From Betaproteobacteria bacterium (GTDB lineage: Bacteria > Pseudomonadota > Gammaproteobacteria > Burkholderiales > SG8-39): DNA of 47,560 nt. Under the pieces are notes generated by a model that was not told the origin of the DNA, ran no database searches, and was given only the letters and a program-made list of their open reading frames with translations. Made by a program: the position numbers and the translations under genes. Below are positions 17,976 to 31,520 of this stretch, in pieces; the stretch's first letter is position 1, and each line of letters begins with the position of its first letter. The stretch covers positions 1 through 47,560 of the forward strand of contig JAJDNJ010000169.1 in the NCBI GenBank assembly GCA_022340705.1, given 5' to 3'.

Positions 17976-18718
17976 GTACCCCGATCATCGAGGTCCGCGA
18001 CGTCACCAAGGCTTTCGGCGGGGTCGTCGCTAACCGTGCGGTCAGCCTCAAGGTGGCCGAAGGCAGCATCACGGGCCTGATCGGGCCAAACGGCTCGGGC
18101 AAGACGACACTGTTCAATTCCATCGTCGGCCATCATCCCATCGACTCGGGCTCGATCCGTTTCGCCGGTCAAGAGATCTCGCGCCTGAACGTGCAGAAGA
18201 TCGCGCGACTCGGAATGCTGCGCACGTTCCAGCAGACACGGGTGTTCTCGAAAATGGACTGCGTGCGCAATCTCCTCATTTCGCTTCCGCATCGCGACAG
18301 CGAGTGGCGGGACATGTTCCGGCCCTACCCCGCCGAGCTCATCGAACGCGCGCATCAGCTGCTGGAATTCGTCGGCCTGTATTCGAAGCGCATGCTGGTC
18401 GCCGGATCGCTGTCCTTCGGCCAGCAGAAGCTGCTTGAATTTGCGATGGCGCTGATGAACCAACCCAGGGTGCTGCTCCTGGACGAGCCGACCGCAGGCA
18501 TCAATCCGACGCTGATCAACGGCCTAATCGATCGACTGAAGCACGCCAATGCGGACTTCGGTATCACGCTCTTCGTCATCGAGCACAACATGCGGGTTAT
18601 CATGAATCTTGCCTCGCACATCTATTGCATGTCGCGCGGCGAGGTGCTCGCTGAGGGCAGCCCGGAACAGATCCAGGACGACCAGCGCGTCGTCGACGCC
18701 TATCTCGGGACGCAGTGA
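17972..18718 (+). CDS. LivG-like ABC ATPase
   Basis: GPNGSGKTT, RTFQ, LSFGQQK, LLLDEP, IEHNM, AYLG; ATGA overlap. Confidence 0.93.
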   Translation: MSTPIIEVRDVTKAFGGVVANRAVSLKVAEGSITGLIGPNGSGKTTLFNSIVGHHPIDSGSIRFAGQEISRLNVQKIARLGMLRTFQQTRVFSKMDCVRNLLISLPHRDSEWRDMFRPYPAELIERAHQLLEFVGLYSKRMLVAGSLSFGQQKLLEFAMALMNQPRVLLLDEPTAGINPTLINGLIDRLKHANADFGITLFVIEHNMRVIMNLASHIYCMSRGEVLAEGSPEQIQDDQRVVDAYLGTQ

Positions 18719-19587
18719 TGGCAGACGCGCCGCAGCGTACGGTTGGCTACCACATCGGCAGCGTCGACACGGTCATTTCGGTCGACGACGTCGCGCGCCA
18801 GGCCGAGGAGCTGCGCGACGAGATCCCCGAGGAGCGTTTGCTGGAGCTCGCCGGCGGAGAGCCGTTCCTGTCGATCCGCGATCTGCGCGCCGGCTACGGC
18901 AACATGGAAATCCTGCACGATCTGACTCTGCACGTGGGCCGTGCCCAGTCGCTGTGCCTCATCGGCCCGAATGGCGCCGGCAAGTCCACCGTGTTGCACT
19001 CGATCTATGGCTTCACGAACATCAAGGCGGGCGAGATTTCGGTCGGCGTGGGTGCCAGCCGGCGGAATATCACGCGGCTTGGTCCGGAGAGCAAGCTCAA
19101 GAATGCGCGCATTGCCTACATCCTGCAGGACAAATCAGTATTTCCCGACATGACCGTCGAGGAAAACCTGCTGATGGGCGGCTATCTGCTGAACTCGCAC
19201 GCGGCGGCGCGGGCTGCGGCCGAGCGCGTATTCGCCAAGTACGATCGCCTCGCAGCGCGCCGCAATCACCCCGCGCGCGTGCTCTCGGGCGGCGAGCGTC
19301 GGTTGCTCGAGATTTCCCGTGCGCTGGTGATGGAGCCGGATGTGTTGCTGGTCGATGAGCCCTCGATCGGTCTCGAGCCGCGCTTCATCGACATGGTGTT
19401 CGAGATCCTGCGTGACCTGCAGCAACGCGACGGCAAGACGATTCTGATGGTCGAGCAAAACGCGAAAAAAGGCCTGGAGTTCGCCGATCTCGGCTATGTC
19501 CTGGTTTCGGGACAGGTTGCCCTCGCCGGCAAGGGCGACGAGCTGCTGCAGAATCCAGAGGTCGCGCGCCTGTTCCTCGGCGGCTGA
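18715..19587 (+). CDS. LivF-like ABC ATPase with N-terminal extension
   Basis: GPNGAGKST, LSGGERR, VDEPSIGL, VEQN, FLGG. Confidence 0.93.
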   Translation: MMADAPQRTVGYHIGSVDTVISVDDVARQAEELRDEIPEERLLELAGGEPFLSIRDLRAGYGNMEILHDLTLHVGRAQSLCLIGPNGAGKSTVLHSIYGFTNIKAGEISVGVGASRRNITRLGPESKLKNARIAYILQDKSVFPDMTVEENLLMGGYLLNSHAAARAAAERVFAKYDRLAARRNHPARVLSGGERRLLEISRALVMEPDVLLVDEPSIGLEPRFIDMVFEILRDLQQRDGKTILMVEQNAKKGLEFADLGYVLVSGQVALAGKGDELLQNPEVARLFLGG

Positions 19588-20313
19588 TCAGCCGGCCAGG
19601 CGCAGGCGATTCACAACGCGCTCGATCCCGAATACATACCAGGTATCGAGCTCCGCCTGACGCCGTCCCGCCTCGGTGCGCACCTGGCCCTCTAGGGTCA
19701 CTACCGCGTCGCGGCACTGTACGCTGATGCTCTCCGCTTTGAGCATCGGGTCCATTTCCAGCGTCAAGCGCACCGCATCGACGATTTCGTCGTCGGAGTC
19801 CTGTTCCTCCGGTTCGACGGCGATGCCATTGACCACGTCGCGGCAGCCCGGCGTCCACCAGGCCAGGACACCGAGCATCCGCTTGTGCGTCAGGCTCAGG
19901 ACTTGCCCGTTGAGCGTGATCACGCCCGCGCTGATCTCCGCCTCGATTTCGCCGAATCCCTCCGGCCCGGCGTCATGGACCGTATCGACACGGCCTTGGA
20001 GGCGCACGCGCAGCGTGCAGTTTGAAAGCTCGGTTTCCTTTTCGATGAACTTCACCAGCGAATCCCGGATTTCTCCGTCACCGCGCGGCGTCGCAGCGGC
20101 AATGTACAGCCGGTCGATGATGCCGCGGACGCCCGGGACACCGGCCGCAACGGACAGCGCGCTCTTGCGCGCCGCCACATCCGAAAGCTCTCCCTCGAGT
20201 ACGACCGCGCCATCGGCGGTCGCCTCGATGTGAAGCGGGTAGCGCCCTAGATTGACGCGAACATCGGCTTCCAGCGCAGCACGCACGGACTGTGCGAGTT
20301 CAATCCCTGTCAT
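19588..20313 (-). CDS. BON-domain protein (three BON-like repeats)
   Basis: GAVVLEGEL...VPGVRGIIDRL; GVITLNGQV...PGCRDVVNGI; VVTLEGQV...GIERVVNRL. Start is 20313 (ATG) or 20334 (GTG). Confidence 0.85.
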   Translation of the reverse strand: MTGIELAQSVRAALEADVRVNLGRYPLHIEATADGAVVLEGELSDVAARKSALSVAAGVPGVRGIIDRLYIAAATPRGDGEIRDSLVKFIEKETELSNCTLRVRLQGRVDTVHDAGPEGFGEIEAEISAGVITLNGQVLSLTHKRMLGVLAWWTPGCRDVVNGIAVEPEEQDSDDEIVDAVRLTLEMDPMLKAESISVQCRDAVVTLEGQVRTEAGRRQAELDTWYVFGIERVVNRLRLAG

Positions 20314-20330
20314 CTCCCTGTCTCCCCCCG

Positions 20331-22830
<2,500 letters not shown>

Positions 22831-22848
22831 CGCTGCGGCCCGGATCCG

Positions 22849-24952
<2,104 letters not shown>

Positions 24953-24960
24953 GGCGCTAG

Positions 24961-25248
24961 CTAGCGCCCGCGGCCGCGGATCGCCTTGGCGCGCGCGCGG
25001 CGCGCGACACGCGGGTCGACGCGCAAGGGCCGGTAGATCTCGATCCGGTCGCCGTCTGCGAGCTGCCGCTCCGGGCTTACGCGGCGGCCGAAGATTCCGA
25101 ACTGAGGCGCTGGCGACGGCGAAAGTCCCCGCAGGACTCCGGAGGCCGCCACTGCGTCGCGCACCGTGGCCCCGGGGCGCACCAAAACCTGCACCACGGT
25201 CTGCGCCTCGGAGAGCGCGTAGACCACGTCAACCCGCAGCCCGCCCAT
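24961..25248 (-). CDS. ratB: RnfH/RatB (PasI) ubiquitin-like protein
   Basis: VDVVYA, GIFG, DGDRIEIYRPL.VDP..ARR.RA. Confidence 0.92.
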   Translation of the reverse strand: MGGLRVDVVYALSEAQTVVQVLVRPGATVRDAVAASGVLRGLSPSPAPQFGIFGRRVSPERQLADGDRIEIYRPLRVDPRVARRARAKAIRGRGR

Positions 25249-25672
25249 AGAGGGCCTCCGCGCGGCGCACGAAGGCGTCGACCATCGTGTCCGCGATTTG
25301 ACCGAATAGGGGCTCGAGGACCTTCGCCAGCACGCGGCTTGAGAACTCGTATTCCATCGCGAATTCGACCCGTGCCGCGTGCGCGCCGAGCGCGGTCAGG
25401 CGCCAGTCGGCCGAAAAGCGCCGGAACGGCCCCTTGACCAGCCGCATGTGAATCGCCTTGCCGCGCTCGCTGCGGTTTTCGGTCGTGAAGGACTGGCGCA
25501 CGCCGCGCAGGCCGACACTGAGGGTCGCGATCGTCTTCTCCGCGTCGCGCGCATGCACCTTCGCCTCACGGCACCAGGGCAGGAACGCCGGGTAGGATTC
25601 GATGTCCTCGATGAGCGCGTAGAGCGAATCAGCCGAATGCTCTACGATCGCGGAGCGTGCGACACGCTTCAC
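25229..25672 (-). CDS. ratA: RatA/PasT (Coq10-like START domain)
   Basis: DIESYPAFLPWC, FTTEN, GPFRRF, MVDAFVRRAE; divergent from smpB. GTG start at 25672. Confidence 0.93.
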   Translation of the reverse strand: MKRVARSAIVEHSADSLYALIEDIESYPAFLPWCREAKVHARDAEKTIATLSVGLRGVRQSFTTENRSERGKAIHMRLVKGPFRRFSADWRLTALGAHAARVEFAMEYEFSSRVLAKVLEPLFGQIADTMVDAFVRRAEALYGRAAG

Positions 25673-25689
25673 GCCCGCCTCTTCCACGC

Positions 25690-25698
25690 TGCTAGAAT
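25690..25698 (+). promoter_or_regulatory. Extended -10 (TGCTAGAAT) for smpB
   Basis: TGn-TAGAAT, 24 nt upstream of ATG 25723. Confidence 0.55.
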
Positions 25699-25722
25699 CG
25701 GTCGCGCCGGATTGCGAGGCAC

Positions 25723-26166
25723 ATGTCGATCGTTCAGAACCGCAGGGCGTTCCACGACTATTTCATTGAGGAGCGCTACGAAGCGGGCCTTACCCTGGAG
25801 GGCTGGGAGGTCAAGTCGATCCGCGCCGGGCGCGCGCAGATCAACGAGTCCTACGTACTGCTCCACAATGACGAGCTTTGGCTCGTCGGCGCCCATATCA
25901 GCCCGCTGACCGCCGCCTCCACCCACATCACGCCCGATCCCACGCGCAGCCGCAAGCTGCTTATGCACGCGGAGGAGATCCGCCGTCTGATCGGGAAAGT
26001 CGAGCAGCGCGGCTATACGCTCATTCCGCTCGATCTGCACTACCGCAAGGGAAGAATCAAGCTCGAGTTCGGGCTGGCGCGCGGCAAGCTCAAGCACGAC
26101 AAGCGCGCCAGCGAGCGCGACCGCGAATGGCAGCGCGAGAAGCAGCGCCTGTTGCGTTCGCGCTAG
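25723..26166 (+). CDS. smpB: SsrA-binding protein
   Basis: [34 protein letters not shown]. Confidence 0.98.
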   Translation: MSIVQNRRAFHDYFIEERYEAGLTLEGWEVKSIRAGRAQINESYVLLHNDELWLVGAHISPLTAASTHITPDPTRSRKLLMHAEEIRRLIGKVEQRGYTLIPLDLHYRKGRIKLEFGLARGKLKHDKRASERDREWQREKQRLLRSR

Positions 26167-26183
26167 GTCGCGCGCGCGCCGCA

Positions 26184-28538
26184 CTAACGGGCAAGCGATA
26201 GCCAGGTCGACACCACGGTGTCGGGATTGAGCGAGAGACTCTCGATGCCCTGATCCATCAGCCAGCGGGCGAGATCCGGGTGATCCGAGGGTCCCTGCCC
26301 GCAGATCCCGACGTATTTGCCCTGACGGCGACAGGCCGAGATGGCCATTTCGAGGAGCGTCTTGACCGCCTCGTCACGCTCATCGAAGGTCTCTGCAACG
26401 AGCTCCGAGTCCCGATCGAGGCCGAGGGTCAGCTGGGTCAGATCGTTCGAGCCGATCGAGAAGCCATCGAAAAGGCTAAGGAACTGGTCCGCGAGCAGCG
26501 CGTTGGACGGCAGTTCGCACATCATCACCACGCGCAGCCCGTTTTCCCCCCGCCTCAGACCGTTCGCCTCGAGCAAGCCGACGACCGCCTGGGCCTCTCC
26601 TACGGTGCGCACAAATGGCACCATGAGCTCGACGTTCGTCAGGCCGAGCCCGTCTCGCACACGCTTCATCGCGGCGCACTCGAGCTCGAAGCATTCTCGG
26701 AAGCTCGCCGACACATAGCGTGACGCGCCGCGGAAACCGAGCATCGGGTTTTCCTCTTCCGGTTCGTAGCGCGCGCCGCCGACCAGCTTACGGTACTCAT
26801 TCGACTTGAAATCCGACAGGCGCACGATCACCGGACGCGGCCAGAACGCGGCCGCGATCGTGGCCACCCCTTCGATCAGCTTTTCCCGGAAGAAGCTGCG
26901 GGGATCGGCGTAACCGCGCGCAGCCTGCTCCACCTTCGCCTTGAGTTCCGCCGGGAGCTTGGGATACTCGAGGCAGGCGCGAGGATGCACCCCGATTTCA
27001 TTGTTGATGATGAATTCGAGCCTGGCCAGACCGACACCAGCGTTCGGAATCTGCGCGAAATCGAAGGCCAGCTGTGGATTGCCGACGTTCATCGTGATTT
27101 TGACGGGCAGCTCGGGCATCTTGCCGAGCTCGGTGCTCGAGACCTCGAACGGGAGCTCGCCTTCGTAGACGGTGCCGGTGTCCCCCTCGGCGCAGGACAC
27201 CGTGACGGCCTGCCCGTCCTTGAGGTTTGCCGTGGCATTTCCGCAGCCCACGACGGCCGGAATCCCGAGTTCGCGCGCAATAATCGCCGCGTGGCAGGTG
27301 CGACCGCCCCGATTGGTGACGATCGCCGCTGCACGTTTCATCACCGGCTCCCAGTTCGGGTCGGTCATGTCGGTCACCAGCACGTCGCCATCCTGGACGA
27401 CCGACATCTGGCTGGCGTCCTTGACGACGCGCACGACACCCGCGCCAATCTTGTGGCCGATCGCACGCCCAGTGATCAGCGCTTTGGAGTGGCGTTTGAG
27501 CGCGTAGCGCTCCTGGCCCTCGCGCTTGCGCGACCTCACGGTCTCGGGCCTGGCCTGCAGGACATAGAGCATGCCGTCGGCGCCGTCCAGCGCCCACTCG
27601 ATGTCCATCGGGCGCTCGTAATGCTGTTCGATTGCGACCGCGTAGCGCGCCAGCTCGAGCACCTGCGCGTCCGAGAGCGAAAAGCGGTCGGCATCGGCCG
27701 CCTCGACATCGACCACGCGCGTCGAGCGACCCGCTTCCGCAGCCGCCCCAAAGACCATCTTCTGCATCTTGGAGCCGAGCGAACGCCGTATGACCGCCGG
27801 CCGTCCGGCAGCGAGCATCGGCTTGTGCACGTAAAACTCGTCCGGATTGACCGCGCCCTGCACGACCATCTCGCCGAGCCCGTAGGACGCTGTAATGAAC
27901 ACGACGTCCCGAAAACCGGACTCGGTGTCCAGGGTGAACATCACTCCGCTCGCGCCCAGATCGCTGCGCACCATCTGCTGCACCGCCGCGGACAGCGCCA
28001 CCTGACTGTGCTCGAAGCCGTGATGGACCCGGTAGGAAATGGCGCGATCGTTGTACAGCGACGCGAACACCTGGCGGATCGCCTCGAGCACGTTGTCCAC
28101 GCTCTGGATGTTGAGAAAGGTCTCCTGCTGCCCGGCAAAAGACGCGTCGGGCAGGTCCTCGGCGGTGGCCGAGGATCGGACTGCATATGATATTTTACTT
28201 GAGGAATGTTTATCAAGTTCTTGAAAATAAGATCTTATCGTATTTTCAACTTCCTTTGGAAACGGTGCCTGCTCGATCCAGGCGCGAATCTCGGCACCGC
28301 ATTTCGCGAGCGCCTCGACGTCGCGCGGATCGAGCTTCACGAGGCGATCGCGGATGCGCGCGTCCAGCCCGTTGGCGGCGAGAAAGGCACGGTAAGCCTC
28401 GGCCGTGGTCGCGAACCCGCCCGGGACCCGAATCCCCGCGGCGCTCAAGCCCCCGATCATTTCTCCCAGGGACGCGTTCTTGCCACCCACCTTGTCCAGG
28501 TCGGTCATGCGGAGGTCCTTGAGCCACGCGGCGTACAT
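26184..28538 (-). CDS. ppsA: Phosphoenolpyruvate synthase
   Basis: [69 protein letters not shown]. Start is ATG 28538 or GTG 28547. Confidence 0.98.
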   Translation of the reverse strand: MYAAWLKDLRMTDLDKVGGKNASLGEMIGGLSAAGIRVPGGFATTAEAYRAFLAANGLDARIRDRLVKLDPRDVEALAKCGAEIRAWIEQAPFPKEVENTIRSYFQELDKHSSSKISYAVRSSATAEDLPDASFAGQQETFLNIQSVDNVLEAIRQVFASLYNDRAISYRVHHGFEHSQVALSAAVQQMVRSDLGASGVMFTLDTESGFRDVVFITASYGLGEMVVQGAVNPDEFYVHKPMLAAGRPAVIRRSLGSKMQKMVFGAAAEAGRSTRVVDVEAADADRFSLSDAQVLELARYAVAIEQHYERPMDIEWALDGADGMLYVLQARPETVRSRKREGQERYALKRHSKALITGRAIGHKIGAGVVRVVKDASQMSVVQDGDVLVTDMTDPNWEPVMKRAAAIVTNRGGRTCHAAIIARELGIPAVVGCGNATANLKDGQAVTVSCAEGDTGTVYEGELPFEVSSTELGKMPELPVKITMNVGNPQLAFDFAQIPNAGVGLARLEFIINNEIGVHPRACLEYPKLPAELKAKVEQAARGYADPRSFFREKLIEGVATIAAAFWPRPVIVRLSDFKSNEYRKLVGGARYEPEEENPMLGFRGASRYVSASFRECFELECAAMKRVRDGLGLTNVELMVPFVRTVGEAQAVVGLLEANGLRRGENGLRVVMMCELPSNALLADQFLSLFDGFSIGSNDLTQLTLGLDRDSELVAETFDERDEAVKTLLEMAISACRRQGKYVGICGQGPSDHPDLARWLMDQGIESLSLNPDTVVSTWLSLAR
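28211..28223 (+). promoter_or_regulatory. IHF-consensus site inside ppsA
   Basis: TATCAAGTTCTTG matches WATCAANNNNTTR exactly, with AT-rich sequence upstream (TATTTTACTT at 28191-28200). Confidence 0.5.
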
Positions 28539-28639
28539 AGCGCTCACCCTGTTGGTTGCCGGATGCGGGAGAAACTCCTATTTTATCGGCTCGATCGACC
28601 GTTGGTGCGCAGCACAATCCCCTCCCTCGACCTGTCCGA

Positions 28640-29464
28640 ATGAACCCGCGCCGCACCGTCTTCTTCGTCTCTGACGGCACCGGAATCACGGCGGAAATGC
28701 TGGGGCACAGCCTGTTGACCCAGTTCGAGGGCGTGCAGTTCGACCAGATTACGCTCCCGTTCGTCGACAGCCTGGCGCGCGCCGAGGAATGCCGCGAGCG
28801 CATCGCGGCCGAAGCCGTGCGCGTCGGTGCAGCGCCGATCGTGTTTTCGACGCTTGTCGACCGTGCCTACCGCGAGGTGGTGTGGCGCGCCCCGGCGTTG
28901 TGCTTCGACTTCTTCGAAACCTTCATTGCGCCGCTCGAGGAGGGGCTGGGAATACGCTCGACGCACCATGTCGGGCGCTCGCACAGCGCGCTCGACATGC
29001 AGGAATACCAGCGCCGTATCGAAGCGGTGAACTATTCGATGGCGCATGACGATGGTGCATCGAACGTCGACCTCGACCAGGCCGAGGTCATCTTGGTCGG
29101 CGTATCGCGCTCCGGCAAGACCCCCACCTGCCTGTACCTGGCCCTCCAGTTCGGCGTCAGCGCTGCGAATTATCCGCTGACCCCCGAGGATTTCGATCGC
29201 GACCTATTTCCACGCGCGCTGCGCCGCTACCGGACAAAGCTGTTCGGTCTGTCGATCGCGCCCGATCGCCTGAGCGAGATTCGGCAGGCGCGTCGGCCGA
29301 ACAGCCGGTATGCATCACTTGAGAATTGCCGCTACGAAGTCGACGCGGCGGAGCGCATGATGCGTGACGAATCGATCCGCTGGCTCGACTCGACCAAGCG
29401 ATCGATCGAGGAAATCGCCACCACGATTCTGCGCGAGATGCGGATCGACCGGCATGTCTACTAA
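28640..29464 (+). CDS. ppsR: PEP synthase regulatory kinase/pyrophosphorylase
   Basis: FFVSDGTGITAE, HDDG, GVSRSGKTPT, AANYPL, SIEEIA; divergent from ppsA. Confidence 0.96.
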   Translation: MNPRRTVFFVSDGTGITAEMLGHSLLTQFEGVQFDQITLPFVDSLARAEECRERIAAEAVRVGAAPIVFSTLVDRAYREVVWRAPALCFDFFETFIAPLEEGLGIRSTHHVGRSHSALDMQEYQRRIEAVNYSMAHDDGASNVDLDQAEVILVGVSRSGKTPTCLYLALQFGVSAANYPLTPEDFDRDLFPRALRRYRTKLFGLSIAPDRLSEIRQARRPNSRYASLENCRYEVDAAERMMRDESIRWLDSTKRSIEEIATTILREMRIDRHVY

Positions 29465-30249
29465 CGTCCCTGCGGCACGCGCCGCTGGCGTGCGGCCTCG
29501 TACAAGCAGATCGACGCCGCGACCGCCACATTGAGCGACTCGGTCGCGCCGCCAATGGGAATCCACGCCCGCAAGGTCGCCGCACGCGCAGTGGCCTCCC
29601 CCACCCCGCGCGCCTCTCCCCCGAACGCCCAGGCGTGGCGGCCACGCAGGTCGATTTCATGCAGCGGCGTGCCGTCGCGCGGCACGGTGCAGATGCGCTC
29701 TCCGGCGAATGCTGCAAAGCGCTGGGCGAGCGCATCGGTTTCGCGCAGCCGCAGAGAAAAATGCGCGCCCATCGCGGCGCGCAGGACCTTTGGTGACCAG
29801 GGATCCGCGCAACCTGCGCCGAGCACGACCTCGGGCACTTCGAATGCAGCCGCACTGCGCAGAATCGCGCCCAGATTGCCGGGGTCTTGCACCCCGTCCA
29901 GAAAAATACGGGGCTCGGCGCTGTCGGCTTCCAGCGGCGGGGACGGGATCTCGATTTCTGCGGCAATGCCCTGCGGCGTCTCGGTACCGGCCAGGCTCTT
30001 GAACACTGCTGTCGCGAGCACCACGGGCGCGACCCCGGCGCGCGCGACGAGCTCGCCGACCTCGCGGGCTTCGCTGGCCTGGGCACTGACGATCAGGGCG
30101 ATTGGCGCGCCCTGCGCCTGCAAATACGCACCGACCAAGCGTGTGCCTTCGATCCAGGCGCGCCCCGCGCGGCGCCGCGTCTGGCGATCGGCGATCAGTC
30201 TGCGCCAGCGGCGCACGCGCGGATTGTCCCTCGAGCGCAGGATGGTCAT
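29461..30249 (-). CDS. TrmH/SpoU family RNA methyltransferase
   Basis: SRDNP, LDGVQDPGNLGAILRSA, PKVLRAAMGA, GGEARGV, ESLNVAVA. Confidence 0.93.
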   Translation of the reverse strand: MTILRSRDNPRVRRWRRLIADRQTRRRAGRAWIEGTRLVGAYLQAQGAPIALIVSAQASEAREVGELVARAGVAPVVLATAVFKSLAGTETPQGIAAEIEIPSPPLEADSAEPRIFLDGVQDPGNLGAILRSAAAFEVPEVVLGAGCADPWSPKVLRAAMGAHFSLRLRETDALAQRFAAFAGERICTVPRDGTPLHEIDLRGRHAWAFGGEARGVGEATARAATLRAWIPIGGATESLNVAVAASICLYEAARQRRVPQGR

Positions 30250-30351
30250 TGTGAAGCGAAATCCGGTGCCCTCGTCCGGACCAAGCCCGGTTCGATCACC
30301 TGCGCGACGAACGCCGCGCAACTGCCGCGTCGATCTGCGCCACGCTCGGCC

Positions 30352-31512
30352 TCAGGCAGGCGCATGTTCGAGCATGCTGAGCACGGCATCGCAGGCTTTC
30401 TGCGCATTGTTCTGGCGCAGCCTCTCGTGGAGCTCGTAAAAATGCGCGAGCTGCTGCTCCCGCGCCGCAGCGTCGCGCAGAATGCCGATGAGCGCCGCCG
30501 CCAGATCCCAGGGCGTCACTTTCTGCTGGACAAATTCCGGCACTACGGGCGCCGCGGCGAGCAGGTTCGGGAGACCGACCGCGATCCGCGCAGAGCGCGG
30601 CCGCCCAAACCACCAGTCTAATCGGCTCGTGCGGTGCGCAATGACCATCGGGGTCTTGAACAGCGCCGCTTCGAGCGAGCTCATGCCGCTCGATACCAGT
30701 GCGACCTCGGCCGCGGCGAGCGCCTCGTGAGCGTGGCCGAACAGCACGGTCAGCGGAAAATCGCCGTCCGCATGCAGACGCACCGTCGTCTCGATCAGCT
30801 CGCGATGTTCGCGCGAGGAGGCAGGCATGACGAAGTGTGCCTCCCCGATCTCGTTATGCAAGCGGCGCGCGGCCTTCACGAAAATTTCCGCCAGCGTCGC
30901 GAACCCGGCACCGCGCTCCCCCGGCAACAAGGCGACAATGCGTCTGCCATGTGGCAGGCGCAGCTGTGTGCGCGCAGCAGCCTTGTCGATCTTGAGTGGC
31001 AGGCTGTCGGCCAGGGGATGGCCGACGAACGACGCGCAAACGCCGGCGTGTTCGTAAATTGCCGTCTCGAACGGAAACAGGGTAAGTACGCGGTCAACGC
31101 AATGCGCAATGCGCTTCACCTGCCAGCGTCGCCAGGACCAGACTTCCGGCCCCGCATACTGCAAGGTCGGGATTCCGGCCGCCTTCAGCCGCCGCCCGAT
31201 GGGCAAGCTGAATTCGGGCGAACCGATGCCGACGAATAATGCCGGAGGCTCAGCGAGCCACCGCTGGATCAGGCGTGCACGGATGCGCGCCAGCTCGCGA
31301 CGTTTCGAGCCGCCCCGCGTGCCGCCACGTTCCGCGAGCTTTTCGAGTGCGATGTCGGCGACCGCGCCCTGCGCCTGCATGCGCCGGCCTGCGATCCCGG
31401 CCGCCACCAGCTCGGGGCACCGCTCGTGCAGGGCTGCGAGTAGCTCGGCCCCGAGGGCATCGCCAGACGCGTCACCAACCGCGACACCGACGCGGATCCC
31501 ACCGCCCGCCAC
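30352..31512 (-). CDS. lpxB: Lipid-A-disaccharide synthase homolog, strongly degenerate motifs
   Basis: GDASGD, P.VWSWR, LFPFE, FVGHPLAD, LLPG.R, LPNLLA..PVVPEFVQ; position after lpxA. Several invariant residues are changed (see findings). Confidence 0.85.
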   Translation of the reverse strand: MAGGGIRVGVAVGDASGDALGAELLAALHERCPELVAAGIAGRRMQAQGAVADIALEKLAERGGTRGGSKRRELARIRARLIQRWLAEPPALFVGIGSPEFSLPIGRRLKAAGIPTLQYAGPEVWSWRRWQVKRIAHCVDRVLTLFPFETAIYEHAGVCASFVGHPLADSLPLKIDKAAARTQLRLPHGRRIVALLPGERGAGFATLAEIFVKAARRLHNEIGEAHFVMPASSREHRELIETTVRLHADGDFPLTVLFGHAHEALAAAEVALVSSGMSSLEAALFKTPMVIAHRTSRLDWWFGRPRSARIAVGLPNLLAAAPVVPEFVQQKVTPWDLAAALIGILRDAAAREQQLAHFYELHERLRQNNAQKACDAVLSMLEHAPA

Positions 31513-31520
31513 AATCCGAC

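Noticed and set aside
24961-25672. ratA/ratB as a toxin-antitoxin or defence module
   Set aside because: Conserved housekeeping pair opposite smpB; RatA is a Coq10-like protein.
26167-26183. tmRNA (ssrA) next to smpB
   Set aside because: Only 17 bp lie before the ppsA stop; no tRNA-like ends seen.
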